Assembly: GCA_965657355.1 (NCBI GenBank)
Contig: CBFHOE010000009.1
Span: 128,001-192,000 of the forward strand
Direction: 5' to 3'
DNA length: 64,000 nucleotides
Source: Limisphaerales bacterium
GTDB taxonomy: Bacteria > Verrucomicrobiota > Verrucomicrobiia > Limisphaerales > JAJOIW01
The position numbers and the translations under genes are program-made. Shown here piece after piece: positions 59,910-64,000 of this stretch. Every line of letters begins with the position of its first letter. Position 1 is the stretch's first letter. The notes beneath the pieces were generated by a model that saw only the letters and a list, made by a program, of their open reading frames with translations, was not told the DNA's origin and searched no databases.

Positions 59910-61523
59910 TTAATAATCTTTGCCCTGAAGGCTTTGCAAGACAGATTCTTTCCATTTTCTCAGAGCCCCCCTCATTTTGGAAACTATTTCAGTATTCTGT
60001 TGGGATATATTTATTTTCTCAGCTTGGTCATTTTGGATATCGAAGAGTTCAATTTGCCTGTTTGTTGACCCATCAATGACAAGTTTATATTGATTCCCGA
60101 TTACAGCACACGATCCCATATAGTCGGCTGCTGTGGGGACGTGAATATGAAAATTTTTAAAATCGCGGGTTAACTTTTGACCTGAGTATTTCACTAAAGG
60201 AGTGGTTCCTTGCTGTAAACTGGGATTTATCCAAGGTTTTGGTTTCGATGCTCCGGCACCAATGAGCTGAGTATTATACTTCCAGAAAAATATAGGACTT
60301 GTACGCTCGGACATATCCCCGTCTATAAGGGAAAGCAAACTGATACCGTCAAGAGGTCGTTTTGGTAAATCAATTTCTGCAATATCACAAAGTGTAGGAA
60401 GAAGGTCGCTGGTTACGGCAGCTACATCAGTAGTTCTGGGGCGAGCTATCTTAGCGGGCCACTCCATTACACCAGGCACCCTAATACCTCCTTCATAAAC
60501 AAACCCCTTTTCCGCTCGCAGAGGGGTTGCCGTACGCCCACTACTCCTCGGATTGCCATTATCACCACAATAAAAAAGGATAGTATTTTTTCTTAGTTCT
60601 TTCGATTCCAAATAATCTCTAAGCTTTCCGATTGATCGGTCCATTGCTGTTATCTCGGCGTAACGCTCTCGAAGCACATCCCTCAAGGGACGCTCCGTTG
60701 GACGCCCCGTTTTCAATGAAGTAAGCCTAACCTTGCGCTGCGCGTATTCCTCCGGAAGGTCGTCATAAAGTTTTAAATCCTTTTGAAGACCACTATAGGG
60801 TTCATGAGGCGAACCATACCAAACTACAGCAAAAAAAGGTTGATCTGCTTCACGTGCTGTCTCAATGAATTTGATAGTCTCATCAATGGTGACTTCTGAT
60901 CCTTCACCTTTAATAATTTCGGGCGGACGACCGTCACGTGAAAAAGCTGGGTTCATTTCAAAAAAGTTGTCGTGCGAAACGTAATGATGAAACCCCATGG
61001 AAGCTGGATTGGTGGGTGACTCCAACTTAACCGGACCGATGTGCCATTTACCAAAGTGGCCACACCGATATCCAGCTTCAGATAAGAGGTGAGCTATGGT
61101 GATTTCCTCGGGGCGAATAGACCATCCTGGAGAAAAAGTTCCATAACGATTCGGGTGCCGACCGGTGAGGAAGCTACCTCGGGTTGGCGAACAAGTCGGG
61201 TGAGCCGCATAGAAAGCATTGAAACGCAAACCTGTCCTGGCCATTTCGTCTAAAACTGGGGTTTGAACATGCGGATGGCCATTGTAACCGGTCTCACTCC
61301 ATCCATGGTCATCGCCCATAAGCAAAATAAAATTAGGCGATCTCAAATTCGATGACTTGTGGGATGCATATACATCAATCGCACTTATAACTTGCAAAAA
61401 GATGCAGATCACAACCAGTTCCCCCCGTATTTTGAAGATCATGCTGGTGATTATCAACGGACGGCAAAAGACATTCAATCTGAATTTTTCTAATTCAAAA
61501 TCCTCGGAAGAAGTATTTGTCAT
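59910..61523 (-). CDS. Sulfatase (S1, Cys-type); start probably downstream of 61523
   Basis: PNFILLMGDDHG, CSPTRGSFLTG, GKWH, WYGSPH, GDNG, YEGGIRVPG. Confidence 0.95.
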   Translation of the reverse strand: MTNTSSEDFELEKFRLNVFCRPLIITSMIFKIRGELVVICIFLQVISAIDVYASHKSSNLRSPNFILLMGDDHGWSETGYNGHPHVQTPVLDEMARTGLRFNAFYAAHPTCSPTRGSFLTGRHPNRYGTFSPGWSIRPEEITIAHLLSEAGYRCGHFGKWHIGPVKLESPTNPASMGFHHYVSHDNFFEMNPAFSRDGRPPEIIKGEGSEVTIDETIKFIETAREADQPFFAVVWYGSPHEPYSGLQKDLKLYDDLPEEYAQRKVRLTSLKTGRPTERPLRDVLRERYAEITAMDRSIGKLRDYLESKELRKNTILFYCGDNGNPRSSGRTATPLRAEKGFVYEGGIRVPGVMEWPAKIARPRTTDVAAVTSDLLPTLCDIAEIDLPKRPLDGISLLSLIDGDMSERTSPIFFWKYNTQLIGAGASKPKPWINPSLQQGTTPLVKYSGQKLTRDFKNFHIHVPTAADYMGSCAVIGNQYKLVIDGSTNRQIELFDIQNDQAEKINISQQNTEIVSKMRGALRKWKESVLQSLQGKDY

Positions 61524-61647
61524 TGAGAATATTTCTCAAAAAGCATGACTGTTATGACCAAACTTCTAATTTCTTTTGATTCGCTATGTGCGACCTGAAA
61601 AGAATGGCTCATGAAATCGGATTTTGGTATGATTATTTTATCCAAAA

Positions 61648-62967
61648 ATGAAAAAGATTAGTTTATCTCGTCGTTCTTTCATCAACCGCTCGGCACTGAC
61701 TGCTGGCGCCATGTCATTCCCGTTCGTCTCTGTTCGTAATGTGCTTGGAGCGAACAATCGACTTAATATAGCTGGCATTGGCTGTGGCGGCAAAGGAGCT
61801 GTGGATGTTGATCATTGCGGGACGCAAAATATTGTGGCCCTTGTTGATGTTGACCATATTCATGGAGCCAAGTCATTCAATAAATTTCCAAAAGCAAAGC
61901 GGTATAAGGACTATCGAGTAATGTTCGACGAAATGACGGATAAGATCGACGCCGTAACTATTTCAACACCTGATCACATGCACTTTCACCCTGCCATGCG
62001 AGCAGTTGGCTCTAAAAAACATGTATTTTGCCAAAAACCACTAACTCACACAGTTTGGGAAGCGCGCACGCTCACTCAGGCGGCAAAAGAAGCCGGAGTC
62101 TCAACACAAATGGGCAACCAGGGCATATCATCACCAAAAATGAGAAAGGACGCAGAAGTCGTCAAAGCAGGCGCTCTGGGAAAAATAACAGAGATGCATT
62201 GCTGGACAAATCGACCAGGTCGCTATTGGAAACAAGGCCTCGAGCGTCCAACTGGTAAACATAACGTTCCGGACCATATCGATTGGGACCTATGGATTGG
62301 TTGTGCTCCTTGGCGTCCATACAATCCTGCCTACCATCCTTTTCACTGGAGAGGTTACTGGGATTTTGGAACGGGGGCGATAGGAGATATGGGGTGTCAC
62401 CTCCTCAATCTGGCTACACTGGCAATGGACATACGTGATCCAGAAAAAATAATCGCTAATGGAATCGGCCAAACAAGTGAAACTGGCCCTACAGAATCCC
62501 ATATCATTTGGGATTTTCCAAGTCGCCCAGGGCAGCCGGCTTTTAAGTTCCATTGGTACGACGGCGGGCGTAAACCCTCTCAGGATTTATTTTCCGGCAC
62601 AGAATTTGACGCGAACGGAATCCTCATGATTGGAACGGAAGATACAATGCTCACACATTATAGTGGAGGTGGAAAATTGAGGAGCGGAAGAAATTATAAA
62701 GAAATAAATGCTCCTAGAATTTTCGGGGAATGCGAGAACTGGCACCAGTGCCATTACGATGATTGGCTTAACGCCTGCAGAGGTGGAGAGCAAGCTCTTT
62801 CAAACTTTGACAAAGCAGGCCCAGTTACCGAAGTGGTTCTCCTTGGCCAAGTCGCTATGCGCGCGGGAAACCCTATTGAATGGGATGCCAAAAATTTAAA
62901 AGTCACAAACAATGAAAAGGCCAATCAATATATTTCAACTGAATATAGAAAGGGATGGGAAATCTAA
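61648..62967 (+). CDS. Gfo/Idh/MocA family oxidoreductase with Tat signal
   Basis: LSRRSFI Tat motif, IGCGGKG, STPDHMH, HVFCQKPL, WRGYWDFGTGAIGDMGCH. Confidence 0.93.
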   Translation: MKKISLSRRSFINRSALTAGAMSFPFVSVRNVLGANNRLNIAGIGCGGKGAVDVDHCGTQNIVALVDVDHIHGAKSFNKFPKAKRYKDYRVMFDEMTDKIDAVTISTPDHMHFHPAMRAVGSKKHVFCQKPLTHTVWEARTLTQAAKEAGVSTQMGNQGISSPKMRKDAEVVKAGALGKITEMHCWTNRPGRYWKQGLERPTGKHNVPDHIDWDLWIGCAPWRPYNPAYHPFHWRGYWDFGTGAIGDMGCHLLNLATLAMDIRDPEKIIANGIGQTSETGPTESHIIWDFPSRPGQPAFKFHWYDGGRKPSQDLFSGTEFDANGILMIGTEDTMLTHYSGGGKLRSGRNYKEINAPRIFGECENWHQCHYDDWLNACRGGEQALSNFDKAGPVTEVVLLGQVAMRAGNPIEWDAKNLKVTNNEKANQYISTEYRKGWEI

Positions 62968-63807
62968 CCTCCTGAATATCGCATTATTTCCAAGATGGGA
63001 TGGATAAAAACTGAACTTTTTTTGAGGCGATGGGTTTTCACTCATCGCTTTTACCTCATTGTCGGAATATTCCTTTAATAAAAATTCGAATTATAAAACT
63101 ATAAAATACACCAGAGCTCAATTTTGTGGCGCAGACCATAAACAAAAATCCATTTGTGGGGGGATTCCAATTTGAGCCGTCCGTCAAATGCAAAGTGATT
63201 GATATATGTTTGGGTTCAGAAATCCCTTCAGGATACTTTGTGAGCGTGGAGGAAACTTTGATTTAATTACGATCCAAAATAACACTGACATAGATTAACG
63301 CCGCATAAAAAGACTGGAGCGAACTTATTGTATAAAATTTGAATGGGGTGTAAGCCACCAGAACATCCATCAAGCACCGACTCAATTGGAGAAATTAATG
63401 AAAGCGCATAACGGCGCGCGGGTTATTGGTTGCGTAGTCCCAAAGGCCATACCATTGATTGTGGCTTAGCAACAGACCAGTCCATGCCAGGACCAAATAA
63501 TAATCAGTATCAAAATGTGATACTTTAAAGAATACTATTATGAATGGAGCAAGGTGGTGTATGGGAGTTAAGACCTACACATTCGATGATTAGAAACTTT
63601 AAACCAGACGAAGGTGAAGCATCAAAAAATATTGGATTTTGACAAAACATCTAACATCCAAGGACAAGAGGAAAAGGGCAATATCTGTCGACTACACCAA
63701 GCCGCACAATTGCCGAAAAAATTATAAATGCAGCATGTTAGTCATACGAATTAATTGGGCCAGACAGAATCAATAACCAATGGTTTAATGCCAGAATAAA
63801 TTCAACT

Positions 63808-64000
63808 ATGATAAAAAAAATACATTTTGGGCTTATATTGCTGGCTATGGCGAGTTGGATACTTCATGCCAGTGCCGATCAGAAGCAACCCATGGATCCT
63901 TTTGTTTTTGGTTATCCAAATCAATTGAGTTATATCCCCGGAGACGAAGTCGCACTTCACCTTTCTAGTAGTGAGCCAGCTGTTAATCTATCTATTGCAA
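63808..64000 (+). CDS. 5' part of a secreted protein, N,N-dimethylformamidase beta-subunit-like N-terminus (runs off window)
   Basis: MIKKIHFGLILLAMASWILHASADQKQPMDPFVFGYPNQLSYIPGDEVALHLSS; open to the window end. Confidence 0.55.
   Translation, partial: MIKKIHFGLILLAMASWILHASADQKQPMDPFVFGYPNQLSYIPGDEVALHLSSSEPAVNLSIA

Noticed and set aside
1..64000. CRISPR arrays, tRNA/rRNA, intact IS or prophage, defence systems
   Set aside because: No regularly spaced repeats, cloverleaf/rRNA signatures, transposase or phage structural ORFs were recognised; manual reading could miss short RNAs.

Overview
64-kb bacterial chromosomal window, inferred to come from the PVC superphylum and most likely a heterotrophic Verrucomicrobiota. 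The inference rests on many Cys-type sulfatases, a DUF1592/DUF1552 pair and a CotH/LTD giant protein with a Verrucomicrobia-style C-terminus. Bases 1-10071 hold one minus-strand chemosensory operon: atypical soluble MCP-like protein, STAS, cheY, cheA, heme c-binding MCP, cheW, cheR, cheB, a decayed non-canonical histidine kinase, and cheD (missed by the ORF track). The rest is a mosaic of catabolic and secreted functions. It includes eight intact sulfatases plus one remnant, phosphonate-associated genes at two separate sites (PhnZ-like HD oxygenase; DUF5690 membrane protein plus HpnZ-like alcohol dehydrogenase), and a tricorn/AbgT/S9-CBM6 peptide locus. It also includes an uncharacterised four-gene membrane redox module built around an MsrQ-like/Rieske fusion, which is the best candidate for an undescribed system. 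Several spacers contain gene relics (kinase, beta-barrel protein, sulfatase, tyrosine integrase). No rRNA, tRNA, CRISPR array or intact mobile element was recognised. All family assignments come from motif recognition by eye, not database searches.
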